A stretch of DNA of 62,403 bases. Origin: Convolutriloba macropyga (taxonomy: Eukaryota). This document shows positions 10,176 through 21,879 of this stretch, in pieces. Location: contig NC_134469.1 of assembly GCF_964194025.1 (NCBI RefSeq), forward strand, positions 26,103,598 to 26,166,000, given 5' to 3'. The notes under the pieces were generated by a model, which ran no database searches, was not told the DNA's origin, and saw only the letters and a list, made by a program, of their open reading frames with translations. The position numbers and the translations under genes are program-made. The first letter of the stretch is position 1. Each line of letters opens with the position of its first letter.

Positions 10176-10580
10176 TGCATCTGTGTTTTTATACTCCGTG
10201 TCAGTGATTGATACCTTGGCATTTAACATGAAACAATTTTTTGCACGATTGGCAATTTTGCCCTCGGAAAGTAACGCGTCGGTTACAATCCAAGCAAATT
10301 CCCTCCATGTCGGAAATTTTCTTCGGGCTTCCCTCATTTTATTTCTGCGAGGATTTTCCGAGCGATTTCATCCACAAATTTGCCAAAATTATAGCCAGCG
10401 AAGCACCCTTGGCTAAGTCGTCCGATTGAGTGTACCAAAGTGGACAGTCGTTACAGCTAGTCTGAAAAGGCTCTTCATAGCTGACCTCTTGAATCTCAGG
10501 AACCTCGTCACTGGAGTATAGTTCTTTCAATTTCAATTGCCTCCTCAACTGGTACATTGGTGTACAAGCTTTTAACATCG
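10176..10580 (-). mobile_element. Degenerate Penelope-like RT fragment followed by PHD-like Cys/His motif
   Basis: WYTQSDDLAKGASLAIILANLWM resembles PLE RT motif QxxGLAMGSPL; then CLDC-x10-CQSC-x4-HVKC at 10296-10219. Confidence 0.6.
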
Positions 10581-10859
10581 AGAGATTCAACAAAATGACT
10601 TCTATATAAGAGAGATTCGAGAGATTCAATATAATGACTTCTACACTTTAAACTTAAGTTTTATTTGAATTAGTTTAAGGTCAAAGGAACTCATACGTAC
10701 ACTAAAGGTCCCTAATAAAAAAGGCTTTTGCTCAATGAGTTTTAAAGCTGTTTTAATCTATCGCTGAATGTTTTTTACATAGATTTTTAAGCGGCGTCGA
10801 ATTTCAATAATATAATAATAACAAAGGATTTAGGATAAAGTAATCCACGGGTTCGCATA

Positions 10860-11140
10860 AAACCCAGTTATTGAGTTGTTCAAAATTTATTGTTCTTTAC
10901 GTAAAGATGAGTTTCTTCAAGTCTCTACAGTTATTGCAGCCACACAAGAGACGCCAAGTGCAAGGGTCTGATTCGTTGTAGCGGGATATGAAGAACCGAT
11001 TGTAGAGTTCCAGGAGTTTGCTCTTGTGCTCTCGATCAAGGAGGATATCATATTTGAAATAATCATTGAACAGATTTGCAAGGTGACAGGCTCGGTACCA
11101 AAAATCTGACTCACTCTTCTGCAACCGCATTTGCTTACAG
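10860..11140 (-). mobile_element. LINE 3'-end fragment (Cys-rich C-terminus)
   Basis: RLQKSESDFWYR...CTWRLLCGCNNCR; aligns with the reconstructed 9973-10175 + 30-213 fragment. Confidence 0.55.
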
Positions 11141-11369
11141 ATAAAATTTCAGATAAAATATAGATTTGTGTCTGTTTCTATCTCTATTATACGGTACCGA
11201 AGTCTATTTGGCAGCTATTCCAGCAATCTGCCGGCTATTTTTGCAATTTTTCTACGCCTTTGTCCAGTTTTTTGTACTAATTTGTGGTAACTTCTCTTTT
11301 GACGTTATTGGTATCTAGCATGACTTAATAGTTTTGTTGAATACGTTTACGTGCAACGTTATAGAGCCC

Positions 11370-12026
11370 ATGCTGAAAGTTGCTATCCTAGGAGCAACTG
11401 GTCCAACGGGTAAATGCTTAACGCAGCAAGCTCTCGAGGCAGGACACGCAGTGCGAGCCATTGTTAGGAACCCATCTAAGCTATCAGATATCCAACACAA
11501 AAATTTTGTCGCAGTTAAAGCAAATATATTTGATGAGGAGCAATTAAAATCTGAATTTGCTCAAGTCGATGCGGTTTTATCGTGTTTGGGATCGCCACCA
11601 ACGTCTCCATGGGGTGAAGTTACATTGTATAGTGATTCAATCAAACCAATCATTAATGCGATGAAAGCCACCGATAGGAAGCGATTAATCTGCTTGACGT
11701 CAGCTGGTCAGAAAATCGATGAGCGTGCAGGTATGATGATGAAATTTTTCCTCAAATATGTCATTGGAACAATTCTGGCCGATATGAGTAGAATGGAGAC
11801 ATACGTAAGTGAGAATTCGGAATCACTTGAGTACACAATTATCAGGCCAACAGGATTAACGAATGACGCGCTGAACGAAAAAGAACCCGTAGTGAAAGAA
11901 GGTATTCACTTCGATCTATCGAATCCTACGCGAATTCCGAGAGCTAACGTCGCTAAAGTTATGCTGCAAGCCTTGATGGAAGACAAATGGGTGAATAAGG
12001 CTATTTTTATTACAATGCCGAATTGA
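11370..12026 (+). CDS. NAD(P)H-binding flavin reductase / biliverdin reductase B-like atypical SDR (218 aa)
   Basis: VAILGATGPTG Rossmann motif, VRNPSKL, VDAVLSCLG, YTIIRPTGL and IPRANVA; intact single-exon ORF; first ATG at 11370. Confidence 0.9.
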   Translation: MLKVAILGATGPTGKCLTQQALEAGHAVRAIVRNPSKLSDIQHKNFVAVKANIFDEEQLKSEFAQVDAVLSCLGSPPTSPWGEVTLYSDSIKPIINAMKATDRKRLICLTSAGQKIDERAGMMMKFFLKYVIGTILADMSRMETYVSENSESLEYTIIRPTGLTNDALNEKEPVVKEGIHFDLSNPTRIPRANVAKVMLQALMEDKWVNKAIFITMPN

Positions 12027-12418
12027 TATGTCCACTGAAAGTTGAATCATTTAATTTCATATTTTAATTTCGAATTTAATTTCATATTTTAGTTTCGAAT
12101 TTAATTTCGAATACGAAATGCTTTACGGAGACGACTGCCCCAGACCAATCAATTTTCACCCAGTTTTGGGGAGGGGGATTGCATAATTTAGTTTTTTAAT
12201 TGCTCTTGAATGAAGTTCATAGCAATTATTGTAAACGTGTGTGTCTTTTTTATGTAAATTTTTCGCTTGACAATGTTGCACTTTTCTTCTAGAACATTCT
12301 TTGACTTCTCAAGTGACTTTTTCACACTTTGGTTCTTCATTTTTGAGTAATCTCTATTGATCTCACTCCGATGTAAAGCTTGTTGCTAATATAAATTGGT
12401 TGCAGCACAGCAAGAAAA

Positions 12419-12602
12419 GAGTTCTGATGGTGCAGTTGGAAGTGCTTGGGGTCAAGGTTCGGGAGGGCAGTGGTTCGAATCCCAGCGGGGGAAAGGTTTT
12501 TTGCACCCATGAAGAAAAATTGATCTAGGCTACAGCCGCTGAATTAAATTGCCTCACCTGTCGTTCAAGAGCAATTCTTCCGACATTTGTCGGTTTATGT
12601 TT
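12419..12602 (+). mobile_element. tRNA-derived SINE
   Basis: A box TGGTGCAGTTGG (12428-12439) and B box GGTTCGAATCC (12472-12482); body and 3' end shared with 55844-56010; 3' motif recurs near 21665, 45140 and 47940. Confidence 0.7.
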
Positions 12603-13258
12603 AATTTAAGATTTTTAGATGTATTATCAAATTATACTGAACGGCAAAAGTAAGTTATCTTCCCCTTTTTTTCGAAGTATTAAAATAGAATTTTTGTAAT
12701 CTTAGTCATTGTTGAACAAACCTAAAAACATCACATCTTGTGACACCTTTTTTTTACTGTGGAACATGGTTGAAGTTCATCAACTTTACTTACATGAGAT
12801 TTCTGGTAAGTAAACGTAGCGTTTATCTGAATTTTATAGGTAGACGAGCAGACTAATGTAGGGGATCCATGCCGTAAAAACTGTTTTCGCAATTTGATAT
12901 TAACTTTGAGTAATAATGCCTCGAAAATTCAATGTTTACTTCGCAAAAATAGGGGGTGCTAACTTATTTTGCCGTTCAGTATATATTAGTCCTGTGGTCT
13001 TTTTATGCATTTTTTTCTTGAAAGATATTTTGTCTGACCCAATTGAATTTGAATCTCAAAAACAGGATAATCAGGTGGCGCCCGGAGGGCCTTTAAATCT
13101 TTTAGAGCCTTACGCCTTACTAGACTCCAAGTTTTGAGGAGACAATCTCACGGTCTGAAGAGCGCTTCTTAATTTTTGATATAAAATGGAAAGATTAGAT
13201 TTTTGATATTAAGCGGCACAGGACAATCCAATGGACGAGTAGTGATCCCCTACTATGA

Positions 13259-13423
13259 GACATCACTGCATCGTATATAATTTTAAAGACAAGACGCTAT
13301 AACTCTTTGGAGCCGCTTCATGAGAATTGAATTTCTATATAAACAGACATTACTGCATCGTATATAATTTAAAGACAAGGCACCATAACTCTTTAGAGCT
13401 GCGTCATGAGAATTGAATTTCTT
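13259..13423. repeat. Two-copy tandem duplication of ~87 bp
   Basis: GACAT(C/T)ACTGCATCGTATATAATTT...CATGAGAATTGAATTTCT occurs twice. Confidence 0.85.
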
Positions 13424-13729
13424 TTTAAACTAATTTGCTATGAATCTAGTCTCCCCTCCCGCACTATGACACTGCATATCAATGTCAGGTGGCCGTTTGG
13501 AACCACCGCACCCTTTGAGGCATATGATAGAGCTGCGCAGGAGAGCCATGTATGTTATTGCGTCTGAGTATGATTTGTAAGTTTGACTCCCCTCAGTTCC
13601 CCGCCCTTCCCCCTTTTACCAACCCTCAACACTTCCCTTTTCCACCCTCTTTCACCCGTTGATTTGAACCCCCTCTCATCCATCATCCAGACCTCACAAC
13701 CCCACCCAGAGTTCTTAGACACTAGTTTG

Positions 13730-15830
13730 ACCAAAATGTTGAATTGCTCCTTTTGTCAATTTGTATATGCATACATATAACGAGGCAGTGTGCAACATGG
13801 GTACATGTTCATTACATTCAGGTTGTTAACATAGTTGTAAAAAATTAAACTTGGTCCATGCTAATTATTATCGTCAATTAATATCGTGGGTCCTTTTCGG
13901 ATAATTCGACAAAATAAGGAGGAGGGAGGGGAGACTTTTGGGATCGTCGCCCAGGGATCCTAACCCTTCTTTTGTCATCTAGCAGTTTTGGTAGAGTTTG
14001 CAGGTTTCACAGGAGCTCCGAATCGGCTAGCTGCAGCTCTCAAATTTGTTGATGCTTTTTTTTTAATCTGCAAACATGTAAATTAAACTAACCACTTGGT
14101 TAATGTTACATGTTAGAAATTTATTAATCAAACATTATTTTTTTCTAATTTATAACAAACTAAGGTTCGGTTTTCGTAAAATAATTTAATAAAAAATATG
14201 TTTAAATCCTGCAACCCTTCTGTCTATTGGAACTCTTTCGTGTCGTTTAAGCATTTCCGCTGTAACTTTTTGTTTAAATTTGGTCTTCGACGTTTCTTTT
14301 CTAATTGTAATTGGAAGTGTGTTCCATTTTCGAATAAAGTTAGGAACAATTGAACCATTACTCCATTTTGACTTACATTTTGGCTCTAAGAAAAGGTTAT
14401 GGGTTCGTTTGTTTACAATAATAGGCACGTTTTCTAAAAATCTGAAATGTTTATTAGAGCGATTTCTTGTTTGTTGGAGAATATTGAAAAACCTATTTAA
14501 AGACACCCGTGTTATTTGGAGCTCTGCTGGAAGAATTTTAGTCTCCAGAAGTAGATCTCTGGCAGTATCGTATTTGGTTTTCATAAAGCAAACTTTTATT
14601 CCCCAGTTTATCTGTTTGTTAATTCTGCCAATAGAGTAAGATGGTAAATTTTGAAAAAAATTGCGCTAAAATCTAAATGAGACAAAACTAGTGATTTAAA
14701 AGGTTTATTCTTGTTTTTAGTGGTACCTGATAACGAACCAAATATAACGATCTGATTGCTGAAGCCATTTTACTGATAACCTTATTTAGTTGATTTTGGT
14801 ATGTCAGTTCCCTATCAATTATTACACCTAAATATCTACATTTTTCAGATGCTTCCAATCGGTGTCCCTTGAAATCGACAGTTTCAATGATCGGCAATTT
14901 TTCATTCCTGAACACCATTAACTCCGTTTTTTTCTTATTCAAAGTTAACCTGTTTTGTTTCATATATTGATCTGTCTTGTTTAATGTATCTTCAGCTATT
15001 AGCTGCAAATTTGCTTCATTCTTTGCATGACATAGAATTGCTGTATCATCGGCAAACTGTAATACATCACAATTCGTTGATACAGCTTCACTGAAATCGT
15101 TGACATAAAGTATAAAAATTAGAGGCCCTAAGACAGTTCCCTGAGGAACACCGTGATTTATGACAACCCAATCTGATTTTGCTATCCCATTTTTTACACA
15201 CTGTTTTCTATCACAAAGGAAAGAGTTTAATAAGATTCTTGCATTTTCTCCAATTCCATACCTTTTTATTTTGTTCATAAAACATCTATAGATATTGAGT
15301 TGAAAGCCTTTGCTAAGTCTAAAAAGAGTGACAACAATTTCGTTTTCGTCAACGCATTGGTTTATCTTTTCAGTTAATGAAATGATAGTATCGAGACAGG
15401 ACTTTTGCTTTTGAAAGCCGAATTGATTCTTGTTAATCAGACCATTAAGAGTTAGGTGGTGAGTTAGTTGTTCAAGTAGTAATCGCTCAAAAATTTTTGA
15501 TAGAGTTGGTGTGACTGATATGGGTCGATAGTTTTCTGGTTCTAGTCGGTCTCCCTTCATATAGACAGGTGTAACATGCGCTGTTTGCAAAATATTAGGA
15601 AACGTGTTTTTGTTTATACATTCATTGACGACAAATTGTAAATGAGTTCCAATAGACAGTTTACTATCTTTTAGCGCCCATGCTGTTATATAGCCCGGTC
15701 CGGGAGATTTATGCTTAGGTAGATTATCAATAACATTATACAATTCTTTTCTGGTGACTGGTCGGAAGCTAAATTCCGGTCCATCAAATGTTAGGGAAGA
15801 AATGTTTGTGGAAGAAAGTTGAGTATAACT
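13730..15830 (-). mobile_element. 5'-truncated CR1/L2-type LINE (RT and C-terminus)
   Basis: NYRPIS, QFGF, GVPQGTVLGP, FADD and YLGV motifs in ORF 14688-15743; frameshifts; the 3' UTR boundary is approximate. Confidence 0.9.
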
Positions 15831-15849
15831 GAATTAGAAGATATCTGTT

Positions 15850-16945
15850 GCAGCATTGTCAGTCGTTTCTCATACAATGTTTTCGCCGAAGAAGTTTTCG
15901 CCACTTTTCTCAGCCTGTTTTTGGATAGATCAACTTCGTTGTTGACAAGTGTCTCCTAGGTTTACTTGTGAAAAACATCCGATGGAATTGCGCTATCGCC
16001 TTGCATAATAGTAATAGGAAAGAGTAAGCCAAATAACTCGATGTAAATTGACAGGGGTAATTTTTCAGTGTTGATAATCAATACTTGCAGTCATCATTTG
16101 AGTTACAGATCCACTTTGTGGCTTTTCGTAGACTTTTCTCTATTTGTCTATTGATTTTGAATCTGTTTTTGATGGGTGCCATAGTTGTGAGGCGTAAGAT
16201 ATGACTGGAGCGAATTATCGTGTTGAAGTTGACTTATCGCCTGCGCAACATACGCGTTCAGATTGGTCTTCAGTTTTATTTGGGTGACATTTCTTTTAGC
16301 ACATAGAACGGTTTTCCAAGTTTGCTGATTCTTAGTCTAGTTTTCGGACCACGAATTATTGGAAGAGAGAATTACACCTAGATCTTTTTGTCGGGACACA
16401 CCATCAAGCCCTTTTGACTCGCATGATGTTTTGATTTCTCCTTTTACAGCCACAGTTTATTAGTGTTCAATTCCATTTTTCGGCTATTGGTTAAGTCTTT
16501 GAAGTCATCTGCGTTCCCTAAACAGTATACATATTCAAAGTAATCAGCTAGGTCGTTGATTTACAGGATGAACATTAGCGGTCTAATATTTGAGCATGGG
16601 TCGCTCCACTTGTAACTTGGTTAGTTTAGATTGTATACCACCAACTTTCAGCATTTGTTCACGGTTGCTGAGGTAGCTAGCCATCGGCTTGTTCTCCGCC
16701 TATACCTGCCTCTTGAAGTTTTAAACCTAGTTTCTGATGATCAACTTTGTCAAAAGCTTTTCGGAGGTCAATTTACAACGCCGTTGTTCTTTACTGTCGA
16801 ATCGTGTAAAGTGTGTCGAGGCAAATCAAAAGTTCAAGGACCACGGAGTGCTTTGATCTGATTTGGTACTCAGGGGGTATATTTGGTTTATATAATTTAC
16901 TCAAACTGCTTGGAAACATTAGCCAGAAGGCTAATTGGCCTGTAC
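15850..16945 (-). mobile_element. Highly degenerate LINE RT relic
   Basis: Minus-strand remnants YRPISLL (~16925-16945), VTSG (~16605-16620) and KDLGV (~16375-16390). Confidence 0.6.
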
Positions 16946-19900
16946 GTTTAAGACCAATCAAATTTTACGTTGCTAGCTCCATCATGTAGCAATGAGATAG
17001 ATTGATTGCATCCGTCTCGAAAGATTTTTGACTCCTTATATCTTATATTCTTTCAAAAGTGCTCCTAGACATTTCCTTCAAAACCAATTCGAGTTTGTTT
17101 ATTCACCTATTACAATCCATTATAGAAAGTAAACAACCGCTCATTTGGCACGAAGTTGCGAATAATTTTGGAAATCAAATGCTTGTGTGCAAATAGTCAC
17201 AAACTATATATGGTATGAATGTTGATTAAACTGCAACCATTTTATATCAAGTATGACCGACCGTCTCGTTGTTTTATTTTAATCTAGCTTAAAATTGTGC
17301 CTTTCCGAGTCAGTAGTCTGTTTTAGAATGCTGTGACTTTTGTAATTAAATCGAATCACATCATTGACCGATCAGTAAATACGTTAAAAGCTTTTCTCAT
17401 TTTTAGACAAAATTTGGTTGAAGGCAAGCTTGCATGTGAGTAACTTACTCTGAACATTCATTACATGTTACATTCATAACATTTGTGTTTTGTAAAATCT
17501 TGTAAGTATCTAACCATTTTGAACTATTTTTTGCTTTTTGCAGTTCGTGTGCCATATGGCTAGCTCAGCATTGCAGAGAAATTTCTCTATCCGAACAGTT
17601 GTGTGCTTTCTTTGTAAAAGGTTGTTGGGAAAGTACTTGGAACTATCAGCAGGAATTTCCTGATAATTTAGTATAATGAATTTTATTCTTTGCTCAAGAC
17701 TGAATTAAGTGATTTATAAACTCAGTTCTGAAATATTGAAGTGGCTGTAATGTTGGCTTTTTTATTGCGTGTCTGTGATCAAATTTAAATGCTTCCATCG
17801 AAATTTAAGATTCAAATTAATAGCTAAGCGACAAGCAGTTACGTTTGTGGTGAGCATTCGTTTCTCATAAATCCTCAAAACTCTAATTTATTGCTAATTT
17901 TCAAAACATTTGTCTTGAATTGTATATAATTACATGGAAAATTCCAAAATATTCGTTGTTATTTTTGTGTAATTTCAACTGAAATTTTGCAATACAACTA
18001 GAACGCTTTTCGGAACTTTTAACGGAATCAATTACATAAGGGCAGATTAAAATTAGTTAACATCGTCCTTAAAATCCTTAGATAGTTTGTTCTTAAATCG
18101 AATTTCATCGTTTTTTAATTATTACTAGGTATTTGGATTTTAATTGTGAGATTCTGTGATTAAACTACCTGACCTGAGTTGAACGAGAGAATGAATAATC
18201 AGTTCACTAGCGAGTGTTACCCTCTTTCGCTCCCCTTATTTACATTTTCTACCAGACTTGGTAACAAGTTTTGTGCGCCTGGCCAGCTGTGTTTTGAGCA
18301 GGCTTCACTTGTAAATATGAAGCGATTAAAATAGATTGCCCGTTGACTTGATTGAGTTATACATAGTGGGTATAAAAATGGCATTAGGGATTTGCAAAGT
18401 TTGTTTAAATATTTCTTATCAGCTGTTCTAAAGCCACTTTCTGCTTATTTCGGGACGGGAAAATTGCAGCGTCGTATAAATCGCAACACTTCACGTCTGG
18501 CTGGTGCTTAATAAATACATGACCTTATATTCCATTATTTTTGCGTTACTTGCCGAATTTTGGCGCGAGGATTAAATATACTTAGTTCTAATGTTGCTGT
18601 TAAGTTATTTTTGCTAAATTTGCTGAAAATTGCCTCAGCTAAATTGGACAATTGAATCCGCAAATATCTAAATTTCCTATCTCTGACATGAAACCCAAAT
18701 GCGAGTTCAATTTACCGCATGAACATAGAGTCGCCCCCCCCCCCCTCCTCCCGCCGCTTGTCACCCTCCTCTCTTGCCAACTCACCCTCCTCAAAGTAAC
18801 CTAATTTCAAAACCAGCCAAAGTACAATAATTTTAAATTCCCTCCCTTCAAGTTGTGTCTTCAAGTAATTGCACTTCGATATAGCAGACGTGATTAAAAG
18901 CTGGCTTAGATTTGGTTTAATTTATTCTTAAAATTGGGTTTGGGTGCCTGCTTGGGTTTAGAAGTGGAAGTTAGCGGGGACTTGGGGGTTGTAAACAAAC
19001 TTTATCCTATATTAAACAAGAGGATTTATTACCATATGCTATTAATAATACCTAATGCTATTGCCATTTTGTTTTTCAGAGGCAAAGCCATGTTTAATTG
19101 CAGCTGGGACTTGACTGAATGAATGGAGGGATTCAAAGTGGGAATTGTGAAGAATAGGTGTGGGATATTGGTTAAATAAATAGATATCGTCTTACAAACT
19201 TACACTAAATTGCTCCCCGGTGTCCTCAAGTTTGCGTGTTCCTGATCAAAATTGAGCAGAATTTATTGGCTAAGTTAAACTTAACAACACTTGAGCAATT
19301 CCGTGGCGAAGAGCAGTTAGCGTTGTATTGACAAGTTTAGTGGATTTTGAATCAGTTCTTACAAAGTGGAGTTCTTGTTTCAACAGCCGGCGCAGATTAG
19401 CAATTGATAGTATGCTAAGTTGGAACTGGTTGTGGAATTAGCCTCAATTGGAATCCACTCTGCCGTATCTTTATTCAACAGGTAAGATTACCTTTTCCTA
19501 TTTAGCTCGTTAACCTAATTGGGACCACATGCGGAGTGGCCAAAGATATTTTTAGCAGGAAACATCGATCGAATTTAATGTAAAAATAGACGCTTTATTT
19601 AGGTATCCTATTTTGGCTTTGCCAATTTGAGAGCTGTACAGTGATCTAAATGAAATAGCCTTATACTAGTTGCCAACGAAATCTAAGAAACGTATCATCT
19701 TATTTCAAAAAGTAACTCAATATTGAGAAAGTTGTATCATTCTCGCTTAAGCTAAAAGGCAACATCATTTGGGCTTCCTGCCTTGGCTTTTAATTTGAAT
19801 GGATTCATGTCTGTAGTTCATCAGCTGTCATTGCTAGCCACTGTTAGTTATGCTTTTACGTTAATTGGTTAATTTAATGGAGACCTTTTTTTCCTCACCC

Positions 19901-20472
19901 AATGAGCGGGGAGATGGAACTCTTGAAAATATCAGGTCTCAAGAAAGCAACCAATTTTCTCAAAGTTTTAAATACATTTGAAGACTAGAGGGCTAGAGAG
20001 ATGAATGAAGATAATTACATGCGGAATACATTAACCTTTCTTAAATATTCGTTAAACCAACTGCGGGGAAGCTTTCGTTCAAAAGTTTTTTCCCTCAATG
20101 CTCAATTACTGGATATGCTTCGTTAATGTGTGTTTCCGATTTTAAAGTTCCGACCCATTCGACGTAAAACGTTACTCTTTTGAAAATCTGGAAGCATAGA
20201 GCCGAGGTGGGAAATGGAGTTCAAACTAGAAAAAGCTTGGTATCATGGTGGCAAAATATATTGGATTGCGTAAAAAGAGCACTTCAGAACATTAAAATTA
20301 TTCTATAAGAAGCAGCTTAAGATGCATGCATTTGATCAGCATGGAAAATAGTTGGTACACGAGATGTTGGCTGAAGAAGTAGTGGTTTTAACGAGCTGTT
20401 TTGTTCCGACGAAGATTAGTGGGTGGAAGAAGTAAAAAGCTCGTCTAGCGTAAAATATATAATAATTTTTTT

Positions 20473-20950
20473 AATAGCCGCAAAGGGATAGCTGAGGCTA
20501 TTATTGGCCTTCTTGTTTTTTTTTCGTCAACAGGATTTTTGTTACGACCATATGACGTCACAATCACCACTTCAAATCTGCCTTTTTGATCATCCGTTCA
20601 TTCAACTGAATTGCATGCATGACGTCATTTTTCACTCTTAGTGGAGAGCGTTTTTTGTTCGTTCGCGTGATTGAATTTTTGGTCACACGTGACTTACCTC
20701 TCTCAAAAATGACTTCCTCATTCTGAAATTGACTTTTTTTTTACTTTAATCGGAAGAGAATAGGTCAAATGAGTGTGTCACTCTAACTGAAGGTTATTCA
20801 AGGGCAGCTAATAGAATCAGCAATACGTTAAACATATTCTTAAAATACAACAGCTCAGTATTTTTTAGTTTTTTTGTCTGCTTTTTATCAAATTTTTGAG
20901 ATTGCAGATCCACGAAACCTTTGCGGCTATTATCTGTCAACATGCCAGAA
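20473..20950 (+). mobile_element. Non-autonomous element with subterminal inverted repeats (Helentron/HINE-like), family A
   Basis: AATAGCCGCAAAGG (20473) and CCTTTGCGGCTATT (20918-20931); internal similarity to 55237-55737 and 56095-56588. Confidence 0.7.
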
Positions 20951-21879
20951 TTTCGTTATGCCATGTTTTGAATTTCGTTATTCCAAGGAGTCATCGAGGT
21001 TTTGTGAACATGGTAAAGTTTTGTGAACATTTTCCATATTTTTGTTAAAATAGTTAATTTTAATGTTATTCGTTTTAACTTCAAACACTGAGGAGTGTTG
21101 CTGTACTGTGTGATCCTGTGTAGGCTGAAATTTTGGTAAAATGTTCTCAAAATTCAGATTTTGCATCGAAAAGCGAAAAGTGCACCAAGTATGCTTTTTG
21201 AGAACACGTTTGATTTTGCCTGAATCACAAACTTAAAAACTGGTGAATCAATCTTCTAAAACTATTAGGAGGGCCAGTTAAGTTTCTGGATATAAAAATT
21301 TGTTGGTTTTAAATTGCTCTAGAACGAAATTTGAACTCAATTATTGTAAATGCGTTGGTCTTTTTTGTGCAAAGTTTTTGCTTGACGGGTTTGGCTTTTA
21401 CACCCCTGACGTTTGGTTTTGCGTGATCTCAACTTCTCTCTTGCAGGTGTCAGTAGATGAACTCAAGTGGCAGCACAAGTGACAGCAGTTCGCTACTAAA
21501 AGTATAATGAAAAGGTTACCAAAAGTTGCTGTACTTTTTTCACTTTGAATTTAATTAGTGGTTATAGTAGTATATAATATCTATTGACCTCATTTGACGC
21601 CCCCTGATTTCAGTTACACTCTCCCTCCGACTAAAGCAGGCTGCAATTGATTGCAGCTCGCACTTGTCTTGAGAGCAATAATTCCGACGTTAGTAGGTTA
21701 TGTTTCGATAACTTAACCCAATACCTATCCAAAGTTTATATATATTCGATGCTGCTTTAACAACTACGCGTTTTCAATCGACCGGCATCAGTAGCGAGGC
21801 TAGTTATGATCTTGTCGTGGACTTTCATAACGGCTCTAATACTACGAGTTCTATTAAATTTTGTTTTTCTACTTTTGAT

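Noticed and set aside
9951-10337. 128-aa ORF as a gene
   Set aside because: Chance fusion of a PLE fragment, a LINE tail and the LTR edge.
12419-12495. Functional tRNA genes (also 55844-55915 and 32637-32705)
   Set aside because: A/B boxes are present, but I could not fold a full cloverleaf, and each continues into a SINE-like body.
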